DNA from: Candidatus Latescibacterota bacterium
Lineage (GTDB): Bacteria; Latescibacterota; UBA2968; GCA-2709665
DNA: 64,000 nucleotides
Assembly (NCBI GenBank): GCA_965237675.1
Contig: OZ250150.1
Location: 2,560,001-2,624,000 of the forward strand
Reading direction: 5' to 3'
The translations under genes and the position numbers were made by a program. The notes under the pieces were generated by a model. It had not been told where the DNA came from. It did no database searches and worked only from the letters and a program-made list of their open reading frames with translations. Positions 29,328 to 39,440 of this stretch are shown in pieces. Numbering within the stretch: position 1 is the first letter of the stretch; each line of letters starts with the position of its first letter.

Positions 29328-29623
29328 CGAATGGAATTCCCTTCTGTCGGCGTACTGGGGGCGGCTACCGGCCGAATCGGGCTATGTGGTGCTGGCGTGA
29401 TCGTCGCAAATCGCAACAGCGCCATGCGGCAACCGCATGCGAGATCATGATCGCTTCCTGGCGACGAACAGACCGGGACGTTTAGGGATACGAATCGCCC
29501 CCCTTTGGGAGATCTCCCGGTCCGCGATTTTCCGTAGTTCGCACAACTCCCCAGCGCTGAGGCGTTTGAACGACTCGAAATAAGCCACCAATGGCTCGGA
29601 TTCCGTGACCCGCAGAGCGTCGT

Positions 29624-31858
29624 TTATGGCCCGGGCGGCGCGTAATCCACAAAGATGGGACTGGACCAGGCCATTTCCATGTCGGTTTGCACCACCCGTA
29701 CCCAGTAGGGGTTCACGCCCGGTACAGGCGCGGGGTCGGTGAAGGTGAATTCGGCGGTATCCGGCGCGGATTGTTCGGGCGCAAGGGAGACCGTGACCTT
29801 TCGCTCGAGAAGGCCGATGTCTATCTCCAGGGGCTGTTCTCCAAGCTCCCGGAGGCTCACTTTCAGGCTCGCTCTTTCGGCTGGGGCGTAGGATATCCGC
29901 CTGGGTCCCGTCTCGCCGTGGCCGCCATAGGTGGGGCCTGTAATGAGCGAGGTATGGATCGCAAGCCGGAGTTCGGCGTCCGGGTCCGCATTCAGGTCCA
30001 GAATCACACCGCTCCGGTACCCACAGGTTACCGAGTGCCAGCGCAGGCTGCTCTCGCCGCGGTCCAGAACGTCGGAGCGCGGGCTGTCAAAGCGCAGCTT
30101 TTCAACCGCTGTGATTTTGGCTCTGTCCAGATTCAGGGTCCCATCCCAGATAACGCCCGAGTAGCTGCTTTTTCGGCTCGCGCCTTCCCAGAGGATGCGG
30201 ACCCGGTTGCTGGCGGGCGCTACCGGGAATGAATGCGTGTAGCGTGTTTCCAACCCGCGGAAGAGTTCCACGGATTCCAGGGGCGCGGTACCGATGACGG
30301 ATGCCGAGATCCGTGGCGGGGAGTGGGTCTTGGTTTCACTACCCATCGGGTGGCCGTCCATCTCCGTGTGCAGAACGATCCGTGCACCCGTGGTGGCATA
30401 GCATCGGCGTGCCTTCAGGGCTTCCAGAAGGGCTTCCACGCTCACCTCGGTGGCGTAAACGGCCGCAAGCCCCGCCTTTGCGTAGCGCCGGTGCTGGTGG
30501 CCGGGACGGTCGTCGCCGGGCCTTCCGGTGTGGCTGTCGCTGCCACCGAAGAAGCCGAGTTTGTAACCGTGCTCCAGGGTTTCTCGCAAGAACCACTCGA
30601 AGCTGCCGTGGGTCGAGGTGACTTCCACGGCCGGTTCCAGGCCGGGATCGTGGTGGTTGAGGTCGGAGTGTTCGCCGCCAACGTGGGGGGTAATGACGGT
30701 GTCGGTCCCGCGGTAGGTTCGATATAGGTCTGTGATGTGATGAATGTCCGTGTCGATATCCGAACGGTTGCGAACGGCCAGGCGGCTGGAACGGCGAATG
30801 GGTTGATTGTGCCGCCGAAAGTAGACATTGTGGTGGCCGCCTGCCTCCGTCCTTGGAGACCATTCGAATCCCGGGATGGCAATGAACCGTCCGGGTTGGT
30901 AAAATTCCCGTTCAGCCCGCTGCTGTATCTCCCAGTCGGATTTTGAGACGGCGTGGTCATTGCGCTGGTAGCTGGCGAACTGGATGGCGGCCACGTCCCG
31001 GGCGTAGCGAAAGAAGCCGGAAATCTTCTCGGCCCGTGCCACCTGCCCCCCGTGGTAGTCGCCCCAATAAAGGCCGTACGGTTCAGGCCGATCCCTGCAG
31101 ACGATAGGGTTGCTCCGCGCCTCCAGTTTGGATCGCGTGTCCGTTGCGGTAATTCTGTAAACGCCGGGCCGTGAAGGGGTGCATCCCTCGATCCAGCGAA
31201 CGCCGTTGTGTTCGCGTTGGAACGTGAGAGATTGTTCGGCGAGTTCCACGCCGTCCGCGCTGAGTTCCACGCTTCCCGCGAAGTCGGCGGACGGGTTTCC
31301 CCAGGCGTCTTCCGCTTTGACCATCATGCGGAACGGGTCTCCAATAGACGCGGTTGACGGTGCGACTACAACCAGCCGATCCGCGGTTCCGCCCACAATG
31401 GAAACACAGGGCGAGTCCGTCAGTTCGGTGTAGGCGCCGCTGCCGTTCGTGTCCACAGCGACCCAGAAATAGTGCTTCTCCTCCACGAAGGTCTGTGCAC
31501 GGGAGCCCGGCCCGCCGACGCTGCGGTCCCCGTAGATGAGGGTGACGTTCTCGCCGGGCTTGAGTCCACGTCCATGCACGAGCAAGACCAGGGATGAGAC
31601 ACTCTGATTAAGGATGCCCACATGCACTCTTGCCGGCGCTTCAACCTTCATATAGTCTGCGCCGGCGGGGTCCTGAAACTGGGGAATCCCCCAGTCGGTG
31701 TCCGAGTCGGTGTAGACCCGTATGCTACCGCCGGGAGCCACCCCTTCGGAGCCCGCCGTGTAGCTGAGTTTCCAGGTGCCGTAGCTGCCGGCAACGATCT
31801 CGCCGTCCGGATCGAGGGTGGCAAGGCCGTATCTTTCGCGATCTGCTGCAATCGTCAT
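29624..31858 (-). CDS. DUF3604-domain PHP-like metallohydrolase
   Basis: Motifs YWGDYHG, PGFEWS..GGHHNVYF, TPHVGG, GSDSHTGRPG, RRCYATTG, MAWSSPIFV. Confidence 0.85.
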   Translation of the reverse strand: MTIAADRERYGLATLDPDGEIVAGSYGTWKLSYTAGSEGVAPGGSIRVYTDSDTDWGIPQFQDPAGADYMKVEAPARVHVGILNQSVSSLVLLVHGRGLKPGENVTLIYGDRSVGGPGSRAQTFVEEKHYFWVAVDTNGSGAYTELTDSPCVSIVGGTADRLVVVAPSTASIGDPFRMMVKAEDAWGNPSADFAGSVELSADGVELAEQSLTFQREHNGVRWIEGCTPSRPGVYRITATDTRSKLEARSNPIVCRDRPEPYGLYWGDYHGGQVARAEKISGFFRYARDVAAIQFASYQRNDHAVSKSDWEIQQRAEREFYQPGRFIAIPGFEWSPRTEAGGHHNVYFRRHNQPIRRSSRLAVRNRSDIDTDIHHITDLYRTYRGTDTVITPHVGGEHSDLNHHDPGLEPAVEVTSTHGSFEWFLRETLEHGYKLGFFGGSDSHTGRPGDDRPGHQHRRYAKAGLAAVYATEVSVEALLEALKARRCYATTGARIVLHTEMDGHPMGSETKTHSPPRISASVIGTAPLESVELFRGLETRYTHSFPVAPASNRVRILWEGASRKSSYSGVIWDGTLNLDRAKITAVEKLRFDSPRSDVLDRGESSLRWHSVTCGYRSGVILDLNADPDAELRLAIHTSLITGPTYGGHGETGPRRISYAPAERASLKVSLRELGEQPLEIDIGLLERKVTVSLAPEQSAPDTAEFTFTDPAPVPGVNPYWVRVVQTDMEMAWSSPIFVDYAPPGP

Positions 31859-31979
31859 AAGGCATTCTCTATGTGGCGGCGATGATATCCTATTCGACGT
31901 GATGTGCGGCTACGCATCCCCACAGCCGAAGGGAACGGAGCAGACGTGAGGGTGGCCAAACCGACTTTCTCTCTCCTGT

Positions 31980-33314
31980 CTATTTCTTTGCGCCATATCT
32001 CCGAAGCAAAGCGCCCATATCGACTTCCTTCGAGTCGAGTCGTTCATATTCCTTATGGCCCTGCGGTTTCTCACTCCAGGCCAGTGGTGTCGCCCATTGC
32101 GCACCCGCCAGATTCGGATCGGCGCCCGCTTCCAGCATGAACCTGGCAAGCTCGGGCCACTCGTGGCGCACTGCCATTGCCAGCGGCGTCGACTGTCTTT
32201 CTCCGCCCAACGTGTTTATCTCAGCACCGTGGTTCAGCAGCTTTTCCGCGAAAACGATTCGATCCTGCTCGCTGACATACCAGGTGATCTCCGCGGTCCA
32301 ATGTAGGGGGGTCAAGCCGCCTTCCTTCGCGCGGGCGTTCGGATCGAATCCGTGATCCAATAGGAGTTCGAAGCAGGTGTAGAAGTGCTCGACGCGCGCC
32401 TTGCCCGGTTTGCTCGGACACCGTAGTCGCCACACCCGCATTGCCAGGCACATCACGTCATGCATTTCGCTTTCCGAAAAATCCGGATTCTGTGAGAGGC
32501 AAAGGTCCACGAGATCCGGATGCCCGCCGTGGACGGCCCCATTCAGGACGTCCTTGACACACGAGGGATCGGATTTGACGAGCGCTGCATCGACGGTGAT
32601 ATTGTCACTGTGCTGTGCATAGAATCCTGGAGTGATCTCGTTGTCATACCCGGGAAATGCACCGTGTCGCAAAAGCAGCTTTTCCAGCGCATGATTCCCG
32701 TTGGAGATCGCCAGGTCGAATGCATTGCCGGACGCATCCATCACGGTATGTGCCGATGCCCCGTGCGCCAGGAGCAGCGTCGCCATTTCCAAATCGTCGT
32801 TGGCTGCCGCTGCATGTAAAGGGGCGCCTCGCTCCGCCACGTGAAGCGCCGTGTCACCGCTCCTGTTCACCGAGTGTATCCCGGAAGGGTCCCTGTCAAG
32901 CAGTTCCCTCACGCCTTCAATATCACCCCTGCCAGCGGCTCGGCAGAGGAGGATACCTGTTTCTGTCTCTCCCGTCTGCCGGAACCGCCACGCTTCCATC
33001 GCTTCGGCCACTTTGGTATGCCCATGGTGCCGGGCCATATCGATAGCTGACACGCGCTCCCGGTAGGTTACCCGGGTCGGGCTGGCGCCAGCCGCCAGAA
33101 GCAGCCTGACCACCTCCAGGTGGCCCTCCCGTGCCGCGTGGTGAATGGCCTGATAGCCCTGTGCTCCGTCCCGACGTGCGAGTTCGGGTTTCTGCTTCAA
33201 GATCGCCCGGACCCGATCCAGGTCGCCTGCCCGCGCGGCGTTACAGATTCCGGCGATACTCACAGAGGCGTCGTCTCCGGACTGCACAATCTTCCGAAAC
33301 TCTCTCTTTGACAT
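31980..33314 (-). CDS. Ankyrin repeat protein
   Basis: Repeated HxAA..GH.EVV.LLL..GA, GDTALH, TPLH, TPLA units. Confidence 0.9.
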   Translation of the reverse strand: MSKREFRKIVQSGDDASVSIAGICNAARAGDLDRVRAILKQKPELARRDGAQGYQAIHHAAREGHLEVVRLLLAAGASPTRVTYRERVSAIDMARHHGHTKVAEAMEAWRFRQTGETETGILLCRAAGRGDIEGVRELLDRDPSGIHSVNRSGDTALHVAERGAPLHAAAANDDLEMATLLLAHGASAHTVMDASGNAFDLAISNGNHALEKLLLRHGAFPGYDNEITPGFYAQHSDNITVDAALVKSDPSCVKDVLNGAVHGGHPDLVDLCLSQNPDFSESEMHDVMCLAMRVWRLRCPSKPGKARVEHFYTCFELLLDHGFDPNARAKEGGLTPLHWTAEITWYVSEQDRIVFAEKLLNHGAEINTLGGERQSTPLAMAVRHEWPELARFMLEAGADPNLAGAQWATPLAWSEKPQGHKEYERLDSKEVDMGALLRRYGAKK

Positions 33315-33380
33315 CGCCGGTAATCCCTTCTTCAGCCGTATCCGTGCTGATCGCAGACGGCTATTCGCCGTCTGTCCGGT

Positions 33381-35726
33381 TCACCCGGACGCCGTTCGGG
33401 ATCCGGCCAGATCGGCGGTTTCCACCAGTTTCCACGTGTCTCCGCGATCCGCGGACATCATCAGCGAGCGGCGGCTTCCCTGGTGGTCGTTCCTGTAGAA
33501 CCAGTAGGTGGAAAAGGTGTCGTATGAGAGGAAGAGCCGCCCGATACGGTCTATAGTGAGGCGGTGGTAGAACACACTGTATTCGGAGAACGGAGGCACG
33601 ACAAGGACGCGGGGTTCCTGCCAGGAGCGGTCCGAGGGGCGCCGCTGATGCGCGAGGGTTGCGTAGTTACCGGCCGGGAAGTAGCGGGTGCGGTTCCACC
33701 AGAGCCTGAAGGCCGAGTGAAGCGTGTCTTCCGGATCGCAGACGAAGCCGATGTAGGTCTGGCGTGCATCCGGCCAGGCGTCTTCGGGCTCGGACCAGCC
33801 GGCGTCCGCGGTGTTTGAGGCCAGAGAACGTGCATACGGGAAGGGACAACCGTGGGTACCCGATAGCGCGTGCAGATAACCCTGGCTGTCCATGGTGATG
33901 CTGGGTGAATTGTGGATGTCGTTTGCGGGCGGTCCGTAGCCGACCAGTGCGGGTGCGCCCATTTGCCGGGTTTCCCTATCGACGGTGGCGACAAAGGTCG
34001 GCACACCGGGGACGTTCTCATCCGGATCGGTGGCTTCGGCCCAGATGACGTGCACTTTCCCGTCCCTCGAGACGACCGAGGCGGGAATACCGGAGTGCTG
34101 GGAGAGACCGATGCAATTGTCGGAGATGAGAATCGGTTGTCCGATCGACAGTCCATCGGACGTTTTTTCGGGTAGGAAAAGCTCCAGGTCGTTGACTTTC
34201 CGCCAGAAAAGAAGTACATCTTCTCCAGTGCGGGCGTAACGAAGGACGGGCGGCGGACCGTCGCACGTGTTATGACCTGTAAACCATTCGATATCAAACG
34301 TGAGCGGAAATTCTTCCTTTCCGGGAATAGCGCACGCGGAGAAGGTGAGGCCGTGATCGGTGGAATACAGCAGGTTGGGTTGACCATTGACATTGGCCAC
34401 AAGATATAGTAAATTCTCGGCATCGAAGGCAATCTTGGTGGACGCGGTTCCGAAAGCGGCGTTCTCAAAGCCCTGGACGGAATTTCTGAAGTCCGATGCC
34501 GTCCAGCGGCCGTCCCGCAATGCGGTGATCCCGGTTTCGGTCCGTACGAAGGGCCGGTTGTCGAGGTCGAAGTAGATCTGATTCTCCACGGGACAGTCGG
34601 GCACATAGCCGAACTGTGCGTTCTCATGTTCGTAGGGTTTCAACACCAGGGGCAGTCGGATGGCGCGCCGGACGGGTGAAGGTCCGGCCCTGAGGGTCAG
34701 CGTTGAATACGTAGACACTTCGGGATGATTTTCGGAAGTCGCCCGCAGTCGGCACGTGAGGATTTCACTCTCGCCTGCCGTATCGGGCGTGCTGTAGCGG
34801 GCGGTGACGCCGGCACATTCCATTGGGCCGAGATCGACGGTATCCGCGGAGAGCCGGACCGGAAACCTGGCGTCCCCGTCGAATTCGGGCGCCAGGCGCA
34901 CGGTTTGCGGTCTGTTCGAACTGTTCCGGATCCGGTAGTCGACCGCGCCTGACTCGCCGGGGCGGATGTACAGGTTCTTGTTGTAGGGTGTCAGCAGCCA
35001 GCGGCAGGGGTGGAGGGGGAAGAAGGATTCCTGGTGCGGGGTCCAGAAGGACATATTCGCGTGCGGATCGTCATCGGACCAGCGCGTGACACCGTCGATG
35101 TGAATGACAGCTTGCTGGGCGGGCAGGTGGAGGCGCCATGGCGTGGACCGGTGAGGATGCTCGGGGAACGTATGGGCGACGCATCCGCCCTGAACCATTA
35201 GGGTATCCACGAGGCTTCCCGCAGCGTCGAACACAGACAGCGTTTCCACGGCGTCGGGCAGGTCCTCGATTTCGATTGTAAATGCATGATCGGGAGGCTG
35301 GAAGCAGACGTCTCCAGGGTACTCCGGCGCGAGCAGGACGATGGGTTCCTGATGGGCGGCGTCTTTGTGGCCACGGGAAGTCTCGATGAGGTAACGCTTG
35401 CAGTGGGTTCGAAACGCCCAGACGATCTCCTCGCCGTATCTGTCCTGGGAGATGGTGACGTTGAGTTTGTAGATGCCTTTGTGGTTGACGTGCGTTGATA
35501 ACCGGGCCCGTTGAAGCGGACCGGCGCTGTCGCCGTGACCTGTGTCGGGCAGGGTCACCTCCCGCACCACCTTCCGATCCGGCGTAATCAAAAGCGCCCG
35601 CAGATCCGTGCGCCGGTTGTGGACGTTGCGGTCCCGTTTCTGTAGGTCAATGACGAGTTCACCCGGCGTGGCTAAGAAATACGCGCCTCCCGCGCCGCCA
35701 ATGCCCCATCGTATCGTCGAATCCAT
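33381..35726 (-). CDS. BNR-4 repeat (sialidase-like beta-propeller) protein
   Basis: Asp-boxes STDHGLTF and SADRGDTW; DIHNSPSITMDSQGYLH..SGTH; YSVFYHRL. Confidence 0.8.
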   Translation of the reverse strand: MDSTIRWGIGGAGGAYFLATPGELVIDLQKRDRNVHNRRTDLRALLITPDRKVVREVTLPDTGHGDSAGPLQRARLSTHVNHKGIYKLNVTISQDRYGEEIVWAFRTHCKRYLIETSRGHKDAAHQEPIVLLAPEYPGDVCFQPPDHAFTIEIEDLPDAVETLSVFDAAGSLVDTLMVQGGCVAHTFPEHPHRSTPWRLHLPAQQAVIHIDGVTRWSDDDPHANMSFWTPHQESFFPLHPCRWLLTPYNKNLYIRPGESGAVDYRIRNSSNRPQTVRLAPEFDGDARFPVRLSADTVDLGPMECAGVTARYSTPDTAGESEILTCRLRATSENHPEVSTYSTLTLRAGPSPVRRAIRLPLVLKPYEHENAQFGYVPDCPVENQIYFDLDNRPFVRTETGITALRDGRWTASDFRNSVQGFENAAFGTASTKIAFDAENLLYLVANVNGQPNLLYSTDHGLTFSACAIPGKEEFPLTFDIEWFTGHNTCDGPPPVLRYARTGEDVLLFWRKVNDLELFLPEKTSDGLSIGQPILISDNCIGLSQHSGIPASVVSRDGKVHVIWAEATDPDENVPGVPTFVATVDRETRQMGAPALVGYGPPANDIHNSPSITMDSQGYLHALSGTHGCPFPYARSLASNTADAGWSEPEDAWPDARQTYIGFVCDPEDTLHSAFRLWWNRTRYFPAGNYATLAHQRRPSDRSWQEPRVLVVPPFSEYSVFYHRLTIDRIGRLFLSYDTFSTYWFYRNDHQGSRRSLMMSADRGDTWKLVETADLAGSRTASG

Positions 35727-36078
35727 GATCGAACCCTCCCGTCAGTTTCAATGTCACGCTACAGATACAAGTATAAGGTTGAGGGTCGTCATTTAAAACG
35801 AAATTATACCGGGGGCTGGATCTCAGGGCCGTCTTGCCTCCGGCGCCGCCCCGTACGCTTCGGCCCGGGTACAATGAGGGTCGAAGATCGGATTTTGGAA
35901 CGAAGCCGCGTATTGCGATGTCGAAATGGCATACAGGATTCACGGCTCAATATCCGTTCCTCTCGGTAGGTTACGGAATCTCAATCTTTGTGTAACCGAT
36001 CCGTAACATTTCGGATCTACATTCATAAGTGACGGTTTTCACGGTGGTTTAGTGGAATTACCGTGAGGGGGGGATCAG

Positions 36079-36849
36079 ATGAAGTTCGTGCTGAAACGGT
36101 TTGACGGTTCAATACTGTCGAATCTGGCCGCTCAGCGAGATCGACGCAAGCATTTTGAGCTGCTCCTGGCGGATCGGCGGACGGGAATCCAGGTGGAGAA
36201 ACGGGACAAGAATTCCGAGGCGGATCTGAAGCGGCGGTACCGGAAGGTTCTGGGCCTTTCGTTCGTTATCTCCGCGGCGGTTCATGCTGGAATCGCCGTT
36301 CTGTTTCCAACCCTGGACATTCAGGCCACACCTTCCAAACCCGATCAGATTGTGATTCAGATAGAGGATCTTCCCGAGACCCGGCAGATCAGCCGTCCGC
36401 CGCCACCGCCCCGTCCGGCCGTGCCGATCGAGACCGAAAGCGAAGACGTTCCGGACGATGTGACGATCGAGACCACCGATCTCGAACTGGAGGACGTACC
36501 AGTGGATCTGCCGCCTCCCCCGCCGGCAGGAAGCAAATCCGCTGCCATCGAGGAAGAGGAGATTCTGGAAGTCTGGAAGGTGGACCAGAAGCCCAGGCTG
36601 GTGAGAAGGGCGATCCCGGTGTATCCGGAGTTCGCGCTTAGGGCCGGCCTGGAAGGATCGGTCATGCTGAAAGTGCTTCTTGGCAAAGACGGAAAAGTGG
36701 AGAGTGTCCAGATGTTGAAGGGCGACGGAATCTTCCGGAAATCGGCCGAAGACGCGATGCGCAAGTTCCTGTTTGAGCCGGCCCGTCAAAGTGATCGGCC
36801 CGTTAAGGTCTGGCTCGTGATTCCGATACACTTCAAGCTGGAGGAATGA
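36079..36849 (+). CDS. tonB: Energy transducer TonB
   Basis: TM helix with SAAVH, Pro-rich linker, YPEFALRAGLEGSV, FEPARQ..PVKVW. Confidence 0.9.
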   Translation: MKFVLKRFDGSILSNLAAQRDRRKHFELLLADRRTGIQVEKRDKNSEADLKRRYRKVLGLSFVISAAVHAGIAVLFPTLDIQATPSKPDQIVIQIEDLPETRQISRPPPPPRPAVPIETESEDVPDDVTIETTDLELEDVPVDLPPPPPAGSKSAAIEEEEILEVWKVDQKPRLVRRAIPVYPEFALRAGLEGSVMLKVLLGKDGKVESVQMLKGDGIFRKSAEDAMRKFLFEPARQSDRPVKVWLVIPIHFKLEE

Positions 36850-36869
36850 GAGCGGCGCGTCAGCCGATC

Positions 36870-36916
36870 CGAACACACGACGGGCTCCGGAAAAACCGGA
36901 GCCCGTCGTGTGTTCG
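36870..36916. terminator. 21-bp perfect hairpin between convergent genes
   Basis: CGAACACACGACGGGCTCCGG-AAAAA-CCGGAGCCCGTCGTGTGTTCG. Confidence 0.7.
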
Positions 36917-37018
36917 AGGGTAGAGGTAAGACGTTAGACGGTAGACGACGTCCTTGCCCGATTGGTTTTTCCTTTATGCCTCCGGCACAAAATGAAACCG
37001 GACGCGGCAGGGGATCTC

Positions 37019-38137
37019 TCACGTCTTGCGTCTCACGTCTAACCGCTTCTCCAGGAACGCGTACGCGATTTCGCGGTGCGCGTCGTCGAAGCCATGGCCT
37101 TCTTCGTGCAGGACCTGGCGAAAGTTGCCTTTAACGCCATAGAGCGCAAAGACCTCGGAGACCGATTCGGCCATACGCTCGAGAATCGGCCGTGTGATTT
37201 GGGTTTCCTCCAGGCCATACTGAAAGTCGTTGAGCGCCGTGATGGGCATGATGGCGCGGGGCGCGGCCAGCGCGAGGTATTCGTGGAGATCGATCGGAAA
37301 GGGTTTGCCGGTCTGGCAGTAGGGCCTCAGAAAGGGGCGGCCTACCCACCAGCCGGTGCGCGCATGGTTGAACGGATTCTTGGAGAACCGGGAGGGCCAG
37401 TCGCCGCAACTCGAGACGCCGGCCGAGATGCGCGGTTCGAGCGCCATGGCGTGGATCGTGATCCCGCCCCCCTGCGAATGGCCGATGGATCCGATGCGTT
37501 TGGCGTCCGCCTCGGGTATGGTTTCGAGCAGATCGACGGCCCCGCTCAGATCCCACAGGTCCTTGCCGCGGATGGACCATTCGGGATATTTTTCGTAGAA
37601 GGGCGCGGTGTCGAAGTCGCGGAGCCCCTCATATCGACGTTCGTTGGCGCTTATCAGGTCGTACGCCAGGGTAATGAAGCCGCGCCGGACCAGATGAAGC
37701 GCGTAGGCGCGGTCGCGGCCCTTTTCGGAGGGGTCGTTCCCGATGACCTGTTCTCTCCCCAACGGCGTGGTGGGGTGAATGCAGAGTACGGCCGGGGCAC
37801 GGGCGTTCAGGTCGATGGGGATGAGCACGTCCGCGACAATGCGTTCATCCGGCGCGACGTTGTAGGCTATTTTTCGCTGGACGTAGTCCCCGCGGTCGGT
37901 TTCCGAAACGACCTCCGCATCCAGCGGGCAGATTTCCGAGGGGCCTCGACCCAGGGTCTGGCGAAAAATGGCCCGAAGCGCGGCCGCTTTCGTTTCCCAT
38001 TCTTCCGGGGTGTCTATCCTGGCGACGTGCGACGCCCCGCCGCCCATCGTGAGGCCGTCTCCGCCCCTCCGGATATCCAGCAGGTCGTCGAACGAGATGT
38101 CGGTCATCTGTAACTCCCGCGTCAGGGTCTCCTGCAA
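37019..38137 (-). CDS. Dienelactone hydrolase / acetylxylan esterase-like alpha/beta hydrolase
   Basis: Motifs PAVLCIHPT, nucleophile GHSQGG, LAAPRA, GHGF; start uncertain (38137 or MTDISF at ~38107). Confidence 0.88.
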   Translation of the reverse strand: MQETLTRELQMTDISFDDLLDIRRGGDGLTMGGGASHVARIDTPEEWETKAAALRAIFRQTLGRGPSEICPLDAEVVSETDRGDYVQRKIAYNVAPDERIVADVLIPIDLNARAPAVLCIHPTTPLGREQVIGNDPSEKGRDRAYALHLVRRGFITLAYDLISANERRYEGLRDFDTAPFYEKYPEWSIRGKDLWDLSGAVDLLETIPEADAKRIGSIGHSQGGGITIHAMALEPRISAGVSSCGDWPSRFSKNPFNHARTGWWVGRPFLRPYCQTGKPFPIDLHEYLALAAPRAIMPITALNDFQYGLEETQITRPILERMAESVSEVFALYGVKGNFRQVLHEEGHGFDDAHREIAYAFLEKRLDVRRKT

Positions 38138-38304
38138 TTGGGGAAATTAGCAACATGGATGCACAGGATAGACAGGATGAAAGACGCAATCCCTCTTAAT
38201 CCTTGTCAGTACCGCTGGTCCGTACATCCAAAACGACTGAATTAATGATCCTGCCGCCGCCGTTCTCGCCTCACTGCCTTGGTCGCGCCCGGACATCGCT
38301 TATC

Positions 38305-38372
38305 ACTCCCGCCTTGAGGGGGAGTCGGCAAGACACGGGCGAATGCCCGTCGTAGTGCCGGTGGGGGGTGGT
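38305..38372. repeat. GC-rich hairpin dispersed repeat / MITE-like
   Basis: ACTCCCGCCTTGAGGGGGAGT followed by ACGGGCGAATGCCCGT hairpins and a G-run. Confidence 0.45.
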
Positions 38373-38548
38373 CCAACGCAAGTTCACCCACGAAACTCTG
38401 CAAAAGGTACGCGCCTCCTCCCAAATCAAACCGGCACTGGAGGCCCTCTGTGGCGGTAGCCGCGCAAAAAGCAACCGGCGGCTACAAGTCCGGCTCCATT
38501 TGCCTGAGTGCCATTGTTGCGTACTCTCCCTCTCGGGTTTCTTCGAAT

Positions 38549-39151
38549 TTACGGGCTCACTGTCAATCGGAATCCCAGCGTTCGCGCGAGGCCCGGGGCC
38601 GTCTCCCAGAGTTCCCGTCCAAATTTCCTCATGCCTGGACGCGTGAAAAATGCATCCTGGAGCGATCCTAGCGCCAACATCTCGAAAGCGGCGGCTTGCA
38701 GCCAGTTGACGTCCGTGCGGTAACCGCATACAGCGAGGGCGCCGGTTTTGCGCAGAAACGCGTTCAGCCTATTACCGTGGTCGTCAAGGGTGTCGCACGA
38801 ACCGAAGTACAGCACGCGACCCTTGCATCTGCCATCCAGAATCTCGGCAATCCCATCCATTGATACCCCATTGTCCCGTTTCTCTCCGATCCAGATCTTT
38901 CCGGGCGCTCCGTGGAAGCCAAGGTAGAGGATCGGGTGTGTGTCTCTGAAGGACGCGCCCGCCCATTTCCTCAGAAGGAATTCGAACTCCTCCCGGGTGG
39001 CGACGTCGAAGTGAACGTGCGAAACTCTGTATTTCGACATCTCCAGCAGACGAAGTACAGGCTCCACGCTGGACTTGTCCCTGATTCCGGGTTCCCACGA
39101 CGCTGTTTCCAGGCAGAACACGTTCTTTTTCTGGTTTCTTCGCTTTCCCAC
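38549..39151 (-). CDS. DUF6642-like protein with caspase/CHAT-like His-Cys motifs
   Basis: GTG start after GGAGGAG; VFCLE..W, SVEPVL.LL, LYLGFHG, YFGSC, AVCGY..DVNW. Confidence 0.75.
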   Translation of the reverse strand: MGKRRNQKKNVFCLETASWEPGIRDKSSVEPVLRLLEMSKYRVSHVHFDVATREEFEFLLRKWAGASFRDTHPILYLGFHGAPGKIWIGEKRDNGVSMDGIAEILDGRCKGRVLYFGSCDTLDDHGNRLNAFLRKTGALAVCGYRTDVNWLQAAAFEMLALGSLQDAFFTRPGMRKFGRELWETAPGLARTLGFRLTVSP

Positions 39152-39440
39152 TGTCTCCTCCAAAGAACCTGTCGCGCTTTCGGTGGTACCGGGGATGTTC
39201 CACGGCTGGTCGCGGCGTCCCGTAGCCACTAAGAACTTACTAAGATTCACATGAACCTGCTTCTGGTGCGCGTCTTCGAGCGTCCAAAGCATGAGTCTTC
39301 GCCACAGATCAAGTAACAAGCCGCAAGCGCCACCCGCCACTTTATAGCCGGGCGCAGCGGACATTTAGATGCCCTCGGTCCTATCCAGGGCAAAACGGAT
39401 AGGCCTTGACCATTGTCGACGCGATTTTTACTTTGCAATA

